Part shown: positions 39,921 through 52,900 of the stretch, in pieces
Position numbering within the stretch: position 1 is the first letter of the stretch
Layout: the number at the start of each line of letters is the position of its first letter
Assembly: GCA_028023455.1 (NCBI GenBank)
Contig: JAQFVV010000005.1
Coordinates: forward strand, 13,020,001-13,084,000
Origin: Epiperipatus broadwayi
Lineage: Eukaryota; Animalia; Onychophora
DNA: 64,000 nucleotides
Reading direction: 5' to 3'
The notes under the pieces: generated by a model
Seen by the model: only the letters and a program-made list of their open reading frames with translations
Database searches by the model: none
What the model was told of the DNA's origin: nothing
Program-made: the position numbers and the translations under genes

Positions 39921-40911
39921 ATTATACACTATACATAGATTACATTATGACTACATATAAATTCAATTCCACTCTCCACACTTCCTTAGACTTTTTCCGG
40001 GAAGTATAGGTCTCTTGATTAATCATACACTTAATAATTAATTAAAGTCACTATTTATCTAATATTCTGGCAAATGTCTTTATTTCTGTGGGCCCTTGAG
40101 GTGCGTATAAATTGTAATAAGATCGGGGTGATCTGTTTGATCCCTTGTTAGCTTGAGTACATTCAACAGCCAAAATCCTGGGTCTGGAAACAAATCCCTG
40201 CTGGTTTCTTTTGCTGCTTCACATTGGTGCACAACCTAGTTGCATGAACACATGAGAGAGGGAGAAAAAAGATATTGCTTTTTTTTCCCCTGCTTAAATA
40301 GTTTTCTTTATCTTTTGTTTTCTGGAGCAATCTATTTCTTCTTTATCTGGGTGGAAGATTTTTTTATTGTCTATTAAAGTTTTTTAAAACTTTAGATCCT
40401 TCTAGAATTAAATTGTTTTTTAGTTATTGCCCATAGAATTCCTACATAATCAGGTTTTACTTTTTAATTCATTCTCATTATTCAATTAATATTTAATTTA
40501 TTTCCACTTTATTATATAGCTAGTTTTAAACAATAATTTTAGTAACCGTAAATTTTAGTATCAATTTAAAACATAATTACTGGTAATTAATAGATATTCC
40601 AATTTCAGACTGATTTCTCATTTTTTATGTAGTGTAGCAGCTGAAATTGGGAATGTATTGTGTTCAATAATTGGAGCGGACATTTCATTTAATCTAGTTC
40701 AGGATGCAGTAGCCCATTTGTTAATGAAGTTTTATTTTTTAAATTTAGTATCAATATGCTGCATAAATGATTTTTTATATAAATATTAATCCTTTAATTA
40801 GATGTAACAAAAATGTATACTATTAGAAATTAATTAGCTATTCACTTAGATTATACCAAACAAGAAATCACGTTTCTTCCTTCTTATATTTATATAAATA
40901 AATTTAATTAC

Positions 40912-41037
40912 CACATGAGTCATTGTCATTCTGCAGAACAACTCCATTATCACACCAGCAATGAGCAACTTCATCTATAACTCTACAAGTTGACTTTATA
41001 GGACATTTTCTGAGATGACACATGCCATCAATGAGAT
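40912..41037 (-). CDS. EGF-like exon, type A: (N)LIDGMCHLRKCPIKSTCRVIDEVAHCWCDNGVVLQNDNDSC
   Basis: 126 nt; atttttttag|...TGTG|gtaatt; phase 1/1; 6 Cys. Confidence 0.9.
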
Positions 41038-41975
41038 CTAAAAAAATATAAATTAATTAAGATTGAATGACAAGTTAGCTGGTTAACGAACACCACATAG
41101 CAATACAGTCAATATTTCCATAAAAAAGCAGTGTACAATTGCATTAGTGGAGAAAGCAACAAACCTGGGAGGTTAGAAAGGTTTTATAATATACAAGGTT
41201 AACAGATGCAAAAAATCATAAGAGGTAGAACAAATGGACAGATAAATTGTTTGCAGGAAAAAAATAGAATTATTAAAAATTCATATAAAAAAATTAGTCT
41301 AGAACTACAGAATAAAAATATATACAAAATATGAAAAGATATATGACAACACCAGAAGGATATTATTATTATTTGGTGTAAGAATAGAAGCTTTGATTTC
41401 TAAAAAAATAAATATAAAAATAGAAAAGGAATTTAGAATATAGATATGGTTTGTGTAGATATGATGTTCAACGTACTGAATATATCCAATGAGGATAAGA
41501 AAAATTATCAGGAATGTATGAAAAAACATAAAGATGGAAAGAAAGAATAGAAATTTTTTAGTTTTGCTTTAAGGTTTTATGAAAATAAACAGACAAAAGT
41601 ATTGGATTTTGGTAATAGATAATTATTCTTCTGTTTACGTTAAATTATTAGTTTAATTCATTTTAGTTTTTCACAATACATGTGGTTAATTAAACTTAAT
41701 GGAAACAAACAGTTTTTTCCCATAATTTTTATTGTAAATGAAATCTTTTTTGAAACAATTTACAAAACAAAAGTGACCTCAAAAATAAATAATAAAATTG
41801 CTCATCATAATGAATGTCTTTCATCAAATGATAATATCAGCCAATATTTATCTTCTTTGATGTTAAAAAATTTAAATAGACCAAAAAAAAAAAAAAAAGA
41901 ATTTACAAAATGCTATAAACTTGTCAAGTAATTGTAAAACTAAAATTGAATTAAAGTTAGAATTTATATACTTAC

Positions 41976-42095
41976 TGCATTTTTTTTCAGGATCTCCTGT
42001 ACTTCCTTCTGGACAGTGACATTCCCTTTGATTATCTCTAACTATGCAAACAGCATTCTCTCCACATTTCTTTAACTCACAAGCATCAGAGTATT
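41976..42095 (-). CDS. EGF-like exon, type B: (E)YSDACELKKCGENAVCIVRDNQRECHCPEGSTGDPEKKC
   Basis: 120 nt; tacattttag|...TGCA|gtaagt; phase 1/1. Confidence 0.93.
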
Positions 42096-45000
42096 CTAAA
42101 ATGTAATAAAATTGATTCACCGAATCAAATATACTGATGTAACATTGATCAGATAGATATAAAATAATTAGATTTTTTTATATTTCAGAATGTTTTTCAT
42201 CCAGATTTCATTAATGGATGCCAACGACACCTATAGTCAAACAGCAGAAACTGCAATATAAACAATGCATAAAATTAAGATACTTGGTGGTAATTTATCT
42301 ATACATCATTGACAAGTTTTGTACATTTTGCATTCAGTAGTCTTCTTTTAATGCTTATATTACAGTTCAAGACAACGGATCGAACATTTAAACCCCTTAA
42401 TATTTTACACCCATAATGATCATACTATATGCCAATAATTATGGTAGCCACATCGAAGAATTATTTTTGATTATCTAATTCATGGTAGTGACTTTTTTGT
42501 GAGAATATCAAATGATTAATATTCCAAATGACTTCAATACTTATAGAAAAAGGGTTCCTCAAAAATCATTGTCTTGCTAGAATTATTTGTGCCAATTGAG
42601 TGAAAAACAATTTTAGACAAAGAAACGTGAGAATTTTCCTAGTCTTTTTTATACTATACAATAATGACATCTATTAATTGGAGTATTCTAAAAAAATTTA
42701 TCCATATATTATTGTGCAAAAATATTATCTGAACAAAGAAAAAATCTACATGACATTTTGTGACTATCCACAATTCTTACAGCATAAAACTAATGTTTCT
42801 GGAGTTAAGTAACTGAAGTTATTAAAATATAATAGTAGCACCCAACAATGGAGAAATGTATTTCATTCCTTACCATTAAATCAGATTCATTGATAAATAA
42901 TTTATGCCTTTTTCAAATTCATAAATGTATATAGAAGCAAACTAATATGTTATTACAATAATAAAAGAGTGGAACAAAGCTATTTTATCATAATATTGCT
43001 TTATTCATGCAATTATATTTATTAATTATTCATATTTTATAAAATATTTTATTAATATAATTAATTAAAATGTTCATAAACAAAATTAATGAAAAACTAA
43101 CATTAATATTATAAAAAGTAGCCATAGATAGAAATAGAAGTTGTTCATTCCATAACTTTTCATGTGATCTATTTTATACAATATAAATATAAATCTTTGA
43201 TGCTGTGATTCATTAAAATTAGTTTTTAAATTTAAAAAAACAACAACATTACAGTGGAGTCACAATGTCTGCTATATCTTTTCTTAAGTCCCTTCACTTT
43301 CATTATACATGGTGTATTGTTTACTGAACTGTAAGTATATAGTACTTTTCAACATGCATGTATATAATACAGATGCTTTCTTATATGTGTAATATGCATA
43401 TATAAATTAAGATTATAGTATAAACAAAATTAAAAAATAATAATGTAATTATTAATAATAAATTGAGGGGACACATTTATATATTTATGTTCAGTGTAGA
43501 CATGTTTATTTATTCATATTCATTCAAAAAATTAAAATAAAAAAACTTACTGAACTATATCTTTCATTTTTTTTAAGCAAAATGAATAATAAAATTCCAA
43601 CTTTCATCACAATAAATACACTCTGGGTGATATTCTTTTCTTTAATAATTTGTTTTTTTTTAGGAGAGTATGCCCTCAGTAGTTATTTTGACATATTTAA
43701 CCCCATAACAATTTTATGAATGTTCTTAAATTTGTTAAAACTTTTAACATTAAGCTTAGAAAACATTTTATTATAAGTAATATTATATATCAAATTTGGA
43801 AAAATAAATAAATTGAAAAATAAAAATGTATGTATTTTCAACAAAAGCTGAAGAAAAATTAGTAATAAACATATCATGTATGACACTCTGAGAAGGAAAA
43901 ATGGATACTGCCATATAATAAATTTTAATGTTTTTTTTTAAAATCCCATATGATACCATGAAACAAGAAATGGTTGCTATCATAACTTAAAACTTATAAA
44001 ATTTTAATGCTTTTTTCTTTACATACATTTTTTTTGTTCACTTATAATTTTTTGGATATTGTATAATTGAAGTAACATATATTGATACAGTTTATACCAT
44101 GATTTCACTGTATTTAAAACATCATATAGCATTTAAAATAATGGATGTTTTGTAATTATCAATTTTATAAGTAATAAAGTTAATCACTTTTTTAATTTAT
44201 TTTTTTTAAAAAAAGAAAACTAACTTTCTTTTCTTATAATTTATTATGCAAAAAAAAAAGTCAAATTAATTTGCTATTAACTAAAATTAAGTAAAGAAAA
44301 ATTTTGCTAATAAAATGTCCCTTTCTTGACATAATATTAAACTGAATGATTATGAAGTTTTAACTCTTTTACAGTTTCTTCATTACTCCACTGTACAAAT
44401 AAATAAAGCTATAGCTAGCTTAGAGCATGATTACCATTTCTATAGCTTAGAGCATGATTACCATTTTGAGTAAGTTATCCAGAGTTTTTATTTATTTATT
44501 TATTGATATATTAAAGTAGTAAAATTAATTTCAGTATTTTGCTATATATACATATATATCTATTTAAACTTTACAATTTTCCAATAGTTAATTGGTTTCT
44601 AAATATTTACAGCACATAGACAAAGCTTAATGAACCAATAAAATGCACACAATCTGTTATCAAGGAAATTTATATAGATACAATATGGATAGAGATTGCC
44701 TTAACAACAGATTGTGGATATTGTCTTAGTTTATTAAATTTTGGCTGTTATGTTATATATATGTATAAATTGCAATACGATATTTTTATGGATTTTTGGA
44801 TGGAAATATTTAATATATGAAGTTATCCATTTATAATTACTTAATTAGAAAGACATTAATTTGAACAGTAGCTAATGAAAGACAACATCCCCAGCCAAGA
44901 GATAAAGTAAAACTGTTAGGCTGATTATAAATTAGATATTCTTTATGTAGGCCCTGTAGCAGTTGACTTACATTAGCTACTGTTCTAGGTAAAGTGCTTT

Positions 45001-45189
45001 TTAATTAAATAGTTATAAATAGATAACTCCATCCATTAAATATTTCCTTATATATTTATTATATTTATTTTATCCAATTTTACATATATATATGTCCACA
45101 GATGGCGTTCTACCAAAAACACCGATCAAGCGTATGTTTTGTTTACATAAACGTCAGAGTAGCATTCACTATCTCTAACTATAATTCCA

Positions 45190-45233
45190 CTTTCAGATCA
45201 TGATTTCAAGCTATTTGCTATCATCAGTGAAAG
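45190..45233 (-). ncRNA. Type I hammerhead ribozyme (family C, L1)
   Basis: Reverse complement reads ctttca CTGATGA TAGC aaata GCTT GAAA TCATGA TC tgaaag. Confidence 0.8.
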
Positions 45234-45594
45234 ACAGGAATAAAGAAACTAGATCTAAATACAAACTCTGAGCGTTTATGAAACAATTTCTATTCAGCTT
45301 GCAAGGTGAATTTTTTAGACACGTAATGTCTTCAAACTCAGCATAGCAAACCAGATAGCTATATGGGTCTGATCTCAGTTCAGCATCACTACATAGTAGA
45401 AGCCTCTGCAATCTATATCATTGCAAGAAAGACCTCAAAGGTACATTTATGATAAACAAAAATGCAAGTTAAAAAAACTTGCTAATGCTTGTATTTATGT
45501 CCACAGATGGCGTTCTACCAAAAACACTGATCAAGCATATGTTTTGTTTACATAAACGTCAGAGTAGCATTCACTATCTCTAACTATAATTCCA

Positions 45595-45638
45595 CTTTCA
45601 GATCATGATTTCAAGCTATTTGCTATCATCAGTGAAAG
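45595..45638 (-). ncRNA. Type I hammerhead ribozyme (family C, L2)
   Basis: Identical to L1. Confidence 0.8.
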
Positions 45639-46000
45639 ACAGGAATAAAGAAACTAGATCTAAATACAAACTCTGAGCGTTTATGAAACAATTTCTATTC
45701 AGCTTGCAAGGTGAATTTTTTAGACACGTAATGTCTTCAAACTCAGCATAGCAAACCAGATAGCTATATGGGTCTGATCTCAGTTCAGCATCACCACATA
45801 GTAGAAGCCTCTGCAATCTATATCATTGCAAGAAAGACCTCAAAGGTACATTTATGATAAACAAAAATGCAAGTTAAAAAAAACTTGCTAACGCTTGTAT
45901 TTATGTCCACAGATGGCGTTCTACCAAAAACACCGATCAAGCGTATGTTTTGTTTACATAAACGTCAGAGTAGCATTCACTATCTCTAACTATAATTCCA

Positions 46001-46044
46001 CTTTCAGATCATGATTTCAAGCTATTTGCTATCATCAGTGAAAG
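46001..46044 (-). ncRNA. Type I hammerhead ribozyme (family C, L3)
   Basis: Identical to L1. Confidence 0.8.
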
Positions 46045-46727
46045 ACAGGAATAAAGAAACTAGATCTAAATACAAACTCTGAGCGTTTATGAAACAATTT
46101 CTATTCAGCTTGCAAGGTGAATTTTTTAGACACGTAATGTCTTCAAACTCAGCATAGCAAACCAGATAGCTATATGGGTCTGATCTCAGTTCAGCATCAC
46201 CACATAGTAGAAGCCTCTGCAATCTATATCATTGCAAGAAAGACCTCAAAGGTACATTTATGATAAACAAAAATGCAAGTTAAAAAACTTGCTAACGCTT
46301 GTATTTATGTCCACAGATGGTGTTCTACCAAAAACACCGATCAAGCGTATGTTTTGGAATTAGGTTTTGGAATTATAGTTAGAGATAGTGAATGCTACTC
46401 TGACGTTTATGTAAACAAAACATACGCTTGATCGGTGTTTTTGGTAGAATGCCATCTGTAGACATAAATACAAGCGTTAGCAAGTTTTTTAACTTGCATT
46501 TTTGTTTATCATAAATGTACCTTTGAGGTCTTTCTTGCAATGATATAGATTGCAGAGGCTTCTACTATGTAGTGATGCTGAACTGAGATCAGACCCATAT
46601 AGCTATCTGGTTTGCTATGCTGAGTTTGAAGACATTACGTGTCTAAAAAATTCACCTTGAAAGCTGAATAGAAATTGTTTCATAAACGCTCAGAGTTTGT
46701 ATTTAGATCTAGTTTCTTTATTCCTGT

Positions 46728-46771
46728 CTTTCACTGATGATAGCAAATAGCTTGAAATCATGATCTGAAAG
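46728..46771 (+). ncRNA. Type I hammerhead ribozyme (family C, R1)
   Basis: Stem I CTTTCA/TGAAAG; core CTGATGA 46734-46740; GAAA 46754-46757; palindromic ATCATGAT stem III; predicted AUC cleavage after 46765. Confidence 0.8.
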
Positions 46772-47131
46772 TGGAATTATAGTTAGAGATAGTGAATGCT
46801 ACTCTGACGTTTATGTAAACAAAACATACGCTTGATCGGTGTTTTTGGTAGAACGCCATCTGTGGACATAAATACAAGCGTTAGCAAGTTTTTTAACTTG
46901 CATTTTTGTTTATCATAAATGTACCTTTGAGGTCTTTCTTGCAATGATATAGATTGCAGAGGCTTCTACTATGTGGTGATGCTGAACTGAGATCAGACCC
47001 ATATAGCTATCTGGTTTGCTATGCTGAGTTTGAAGACATTACGTGTCTAAAAAATTCACCTTGCAAGCTGAATAGAAATTGTTTCATAAACGCTCAGAGT
47101 TTGTATTTAGATCTAGTTTCTTTATTCCTGT

Positions 47132-47175
47132 CTTTCACTGATGATAGCAAATAGCTTGAAATCATGATCTGAAAG
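47132..47175 (+). ncRNA. Type I hammerhead ribozyme (family C, R2)
   Basis: Identical to R1; predicted cleavage after 47169. Confidence 0.8.
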
Positions 47176-47535
47176 TGGAATTATAGTTAGAGATAGTGAA
47201 TGCTACTCTGATGTTTATGTAAACAAAACATACGCTTGATCGGTGTTTTTGGTAGAACGCCATCTGTGGACATAAATACAAGCGTTAGCAAGTTTTTTAA
47301 CTTGCATTTTTGTTTATCATAAATGTACCTTTGAGGTCTTTCTTGCAATGATATAGATTGCAGAGGCTTCTACTATGTGGTGATGCTGAACTGAGATCAG
47401 ACCCATATAGCTATCTGGTTTGCTATGCTGAGTTTGAAGACATTACGTGTCTAAAAAATTCACCTTGCAAGCTGAATAGAAATTGTTTCATAAACGCTCA
47501 GAGTTTGTATTTAGATCTAGTTTCTTTATTCCTGT

Positions 47536-47579
47536 CTTTCACTGATGATAGCAAATAGCTTGAAATCATGATCTGAAAG
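47536..47579 (+). ncRNA. Type I hammerhead ribozyme (family C, R3)
   Basis: Identical to R1; predicted cleavage after 47573. Confidence 0.8.
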
Positions 47580-48625
47580 TGGAATTATAGTTAGAGATAG
47601 TGAATGCTACTCTGACGTTTATGTAAACAAAACATACGCTTGATCGGTGTTTTTGGTAGAACGCCATCTGTGGACATAAATACAAGCGTTAGCAAGTTTT
47701 TTAACTTGCATTTTTGTTTATATATATATATATCATTTTAAGGTTTGCTATTATTGAGATATAGATCTTTAAACAAAGGGCATTACTGGATATTTGTAAT
47801 TGTATGATGGTTTGTATATATATATTGTGTTTAATATAAATATAATTCTTGTGATTAAAACTGATGCAACTGATATAATGAAAATTAAATATTTTCTAGC
47901 CTCAGCATAAGACAATAATTTTTATGAAAGCTGTCCTAAAACAAAGTAGTCCTTTTTCTCTCAATGTTTCATTTATTTATATAGAGGATTGTCTGAAATA
48001 CTTAGATCAGAAATGATGAATATTTTAAAATTGATTGATACCACTAGTTGATATGTCTGAGATTTTTCACCAGTTCAAATGAATGAAAATATATAATATA
48101 AAAAAATTCCAGTACTAAATATATACAATATACTACAAGATTAAAACTAATGAAGTTGTTACAATAGATAATTGAAATATTGTCTAGCCACAGCATAAGA
48201 AAATATTTTTAATGAGAAAAGAGCTTTTGTTAAATGTCTGAAATCCGGGTGCGGCCGCTTGATCGCGTTGTTTCTGTACAAAAATAATGAAATGTAACGT
48301 TACCAGGACGATATTTTTTTTATTGAAAAATTTACGAAACAAAATTAATTTTTATTAAAATAATATTTTAAAAGAAGATCTTTTGAGTTGTTGGGCTTCC
48401 TCTAGTAGTAAGCACATTTCTATTCATTGTTTGATCACAGTATCCTAGCAAGAATATCTTTGGATTTAAAAATTAACATAAAAATATTATTTTGTAAATT
48501 TTAAAAGCAAATATCTATTTTTCATTTTCTTTTTTTTTTCTAATATGATCACTGACTAATTTTTATATTTGTATTATTCTATTTTTTTTTTATATTTTTG
48601 ATGGAAACATCTTTAAATATTATAC

Positions 48626-48748
48626 CTTGACAACCTTGTTCATAAGGATCACCAGTAGTTCCAGGTGGGCAACTGCAACTGATATTAGTATGACTTTCCT
48701 CCTTACAAATTGCTCTCACAGCACAAGATGTGTTACTGCACTTGAGTT
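48626..48748 (-). CDS. EGF-like exon (Q)LKCSNTSCAVRAICKEESHTNISCSCPPGTTGDPYEQGCQ
   Basis: 123 nt; ttatttttaag|...CAAG|gtataa; phase 1/1; 6 Cys with a GDP motif. Confidence 0.9.
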
Positions 48749-49995
48749 CTTAAAAATAAATTTCAATACATATATAATTAGATTAAAATATATACTATAT
48801 CTCTAATTTATATATATATCATATATAAAAGCTTAAAGAACAGGTGGTCTATCTATTCTATTCCTAATCATTTTCTGATGTACAGGTGTTATTTACACAT
48901 ATGAGATTTTTACTACTTCTATCTAAATTTTCATCAGTGTGTTTGACATTTATATTTACAAACTGATATCTTATTAATGCTATGAGTTTGTTACAGATTT
49001 TATCTTTACCCTATCTATGTTTAATCATAACTTCAGAATAATTTATGCTATATTTAAATCAGGCTAATATCTAATTTCTATTCTTCATATCCATCATCAA
49101 AAGCTTAAAGAAGAGATAGACCATCCTATCCTTTATTGTTTATTTATATACAAATGTTATTTATACTTAGCTTATGAAGATGTTAATACTTCTATTTAAA
49201 TTTCATATACATTAAACTATGCATATTTAATATTTAAATTTCATATTCAATAACTATACTAAATATATATAAACACTGTATGACAATTTCCAAATACTAT
49301 TAATAAATAAATTAAAAATATTTAAACCATAATAAAATATAAAATAATATTTCACACCAGTGGATGAACAATTAATAATTAATATGGTAATATATTTTAA
49401 AAAATTGCTAAGCCAAGTTCTTGCTGCAGAGTATCTTTATCTAGTTTTGCTAAAAGTTCTTTGATTAGAAAGCCTGACATAGACATTTTTTTAACTTTAT
49501 CACTATATTATTTATTTATTAAACTACATAAAATTGAGCACTCTCTATACTTAATGATTGACTTCGGTGGAGCCTATTACTACAAAACTACAAAAATGAT
49601 AAACCAATGGCTCACAGAATAACTTGGGTTTTGGTAGATTTGCCATCAAATCATCATTTGAATGTATTAAAAAAAATGAAAAATATAACAATTGGTAATC
49701 AGTATTGTCTCACATCATTGGGCCTTTAGAACTATATAATTCTATTTCCTGAAAATTATCCATCCAAATAATTAAAGATGTGCTAGTTAAATCTGAGTAG
49801 AATGCTCAAAAAACTGAAATTATTATTGCATTCCTGATTTCATTGACAAAGATATTATAGCCATATCTAATGGTGGATATTACAAAATGGAAAAGGAATG
49901 GCCTATGAGTCTTCCTATGAATCACATAACATCTAGTATCATATTAAATAAATTTGAAGAGGTTACTCCTAAAAAATCAAATCAAACCCCATCCC

Positions 49996-52900
49996 TGTTA
50001 TACATGTTCTATGTACAGCCACCATGAATGCTACACAGTCATGGTAAAGGTGATCAGAGAAACAGACACAAAATTAATTCAAAAAATTTTTATAATTAAA
50101 ATTTTATTTTATTGGCACAACTTAACAATAGTAAAAGTTCCTCATTCCTTAAGTAAAATCCTCAAATTTAGTGTATGGGAAACTGGTTCCCTTGTTGTAT
50201 ACTACTGTTTTAGGAAAATCAAGAAAAGCAAAAATTTCTTTAAGTTTTCTTATTGTTTCTTCAGTGCTTATATTTTTTACAATTCTAAGTCCACTTTGAG
50301 TATAAGTCAATCACCACTAAAAAAAATGTAGCCATGGAATACTCTGTCATGATCAATGTGAATATGGTTCCAAGCTTTTTTGACTATAGGCAAGTAATAT
50401 AATTTTTCTTTAAATGCTCACAGGTTTTTATGAATTGTTCTATCTCAGAATTAATTCTGAGCCTGCACAGTACCATGATGACCTTGATGAATAAGGTGAA
50501 GAACCTGATGACAAGCACTATTAGGTATTAACACTTTATCACTCATTAACATGCATCCCTTATTGATAGACCGTTTTTCTCTCACCTCCCATATAGCTTT
50601 ATGACATATCTCAGGCCAACTTCTGGGCCAATCTTAGCTGATCCACTTGATTAGCAGTTTATAACTGTGCTCAGATTTTGTCCACCTCACTATCTTTTTA
50701 CTGTTTATTACTACATTATTCCAATTGTCTATGTTAGTTAATGATTAGAACAAGTTCCCATGAAGCTGATTTAATTGCATTCTCAACAGTGCATCTGCAA
50801 GTTTAATAAGGTTCCTTTTTAAAAAATTAGCTCAAAATCATAGCCTGCTAATAAATTTAACCAACATAACATTCTAGAGCTAACATGTGATGTGATTTTA
50901 TTTTTATCCAGTATATTCCTAACAGTGGCTTATGATTAGTAAAGATCTCGAATAGTCAACCATATAAATATTGGTAAAATTTCTTCATTGCAAATATAAC
51001 AGCCAACTAACTGACTAGTTTTGATCTGCTTTGATTAGTATTCTAGAAGTGAAGACTATTGGTCACTCACATTCAGCTACAGCTATGACTTAAAACTGCT
51101 CTGACCCTGAAAATCTGAAGCACCAGTTGTTAATATCAGTTTGAGGCTACTGTCATGGTATATAATAATAAACCATCTGACATCAGCAATTCCTTCATAG
51201 CCCTAAAAGCTTTTTCTTGATTTTGGCCTTTTCTTAACAAATTATATAATGGTCATGCCATACATGCCTTTTCCCTTTAGAGAAGTTTTAAAATAATAAA
51301 GCAGTTTCAGAAAAGCCCGTAGTTCTCATACATTTGTAGGTCTTGGGGCTTCTTTTACAGCTATAATCTTCTGAGGGTGGGGCTTTCTTTCACTTTCTTG
51401 ATATAATATGCCTGAAGAACTTTATTTCAGTCATCATCTAGATACATTTTTCTGTGTTTATTCTAGTTCCAAAAGTAGATAACTTATTGCAAACTTTTAA
51501 AAGTGGCTCAAGTAATTTCTCTTTGAATTAGCAAGTATTAAACTATCATTGAAATAAGGTGTTATACCATCCATTTGTTGCAACAACATGTCCATTTTAG
51601 TTTGAAAGATATTTGGTGCCATGGTAATTCTATAAGGCAGTCTACTGTAGTTAAAAAATCCCTTACGAGTAGTGATTGTTAATAGTTTAGTGGTGTGTTT
51701 AGAAACTGGAATCTGATGAAACACATCCTTCAAATAAATTTTAGCAAAATGACTTGCCTTTTCCATATTAGCTAATATTTCTCTGATGTTAGGCACAGAT
51801 AGTGACTCTTTGTAAGGTTCTTTTTTACTATAATATGGTAATCCCCACAAATGTGAATTTGTCCATTTGGGTTAGATATCACTACAATTGGAGTTATCCA
51901 TTTGGCCTTCTTGACCAGTGTCAATATACCCTTCCTAATTAAATCATTTAAGTCTTGTTCCACTTTAGATATTGTGCAAAAGGAATTTTACTAGGCCTAC
52001 AAAACAAGGGGGTTGCTCTTTCTTGCAACACTATATCTACTGGCATAGTAATGATTTGGCTCTCCACATTCTTAAATAAACATGTATTTATTTCTTAGTC
52101 CTTCCACTATAGTAACCATACATATTCTATTCCCAGAGCATCAAAACATTCCCTACTTATAATAGGTTGAGACAATCTTGCATTATATATAATGGTATCC
52201 TACAGAAAAGAATTTCTACACATCTACCTTCCATAATATCCTCATAATATTACCACTAGCATCTTTCACTCTCAAACTAGTTCTCATTAATAGGCAGGGA
52301 GGGTCATACATTTTTTTATTTTATTCCTGTTTTTGACTGTCATCACTGACACATCCAATCCTCTGTCAATTTTTATTTTCAATTTTGTATTTAATAATTT
52401 CACTGACATCATGAAATTGATTGCAATGAGCAATCTGGGCATTATAAAACTTGCATTTTTGCTTATTTCCCTTTGGAAAAGTTGGAAAGACACTTTGATC
52501 TTTATTCCCATTAGCCATACAGACTTTCTCTAAATGATCTGCTCTTTGTTAAATCTACACTTGTGTGCCATGTGACCTTTCTTTCACAACAGTAGCATAA
52601 CAATTTCCTTCATCTTACTCTTAGCAGGTTGATATTTATTTTCAGTTTTTCATATAAATCACACTATTTCATTATTATTAGTAAAATTTTGAAACACCTT
52701 TGATTGGTCAGCACTATCTCATTCCCTCTCTATATGTCAATCTCTTGATGGCCAGTAACTGCTGCCTAAGTCTATCATCAGACATCCACCAAAGTAATTG
52801 TTCAAGTAGTCTCCTCTAATGGATCACCATAAATACAACTCTTAGCAAGTTTCCTCAATGTTTGATCATAGTCATGTATGCATTCCCCTTTATTTTGCCA

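Larger units (their letters stand above)
45091..47721. mobile_element. Head-to-head palindromic array of 404-406-bp hammerhead-containing units (family C, retrozyme-like)
   Basis: Left arm 45091-46356 (minus, ~3.1 units) and right arm 46368-47721 (plus, ~3.35 units). Units differ by only a few bases. Both outer ends run into (TA)n. Confidence 0.92.

Noticed and set aside
43551-43607. Signal-peptide-like MKVGILLFILLKKNERYSS followed by gtaagt
   Set aside because: It ends in phase 0, which is incompatible with the phase-1 EGF exons, and it lies mid-gene.
45211-47558. Repeated 66-aa ORF in each 405-bp unit
   Set aside because: It starts at TTG, has no recognisable domain, and overlaps the hammerhead; the RNA structure explains the unit.
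48244-48310. Short CpG-dense patch including GCGGCCGC and the palindrome GTAACGTTAC
   Set aside because: No repeat partner, TIR or ORF in the window, so it is uninterpretable.
48880-48950. Minus-strand CTGATGA in a ~270-bp-period degenerate repeat
   Set aside because: No proper stem II or GAAA, and stem I is out of register.
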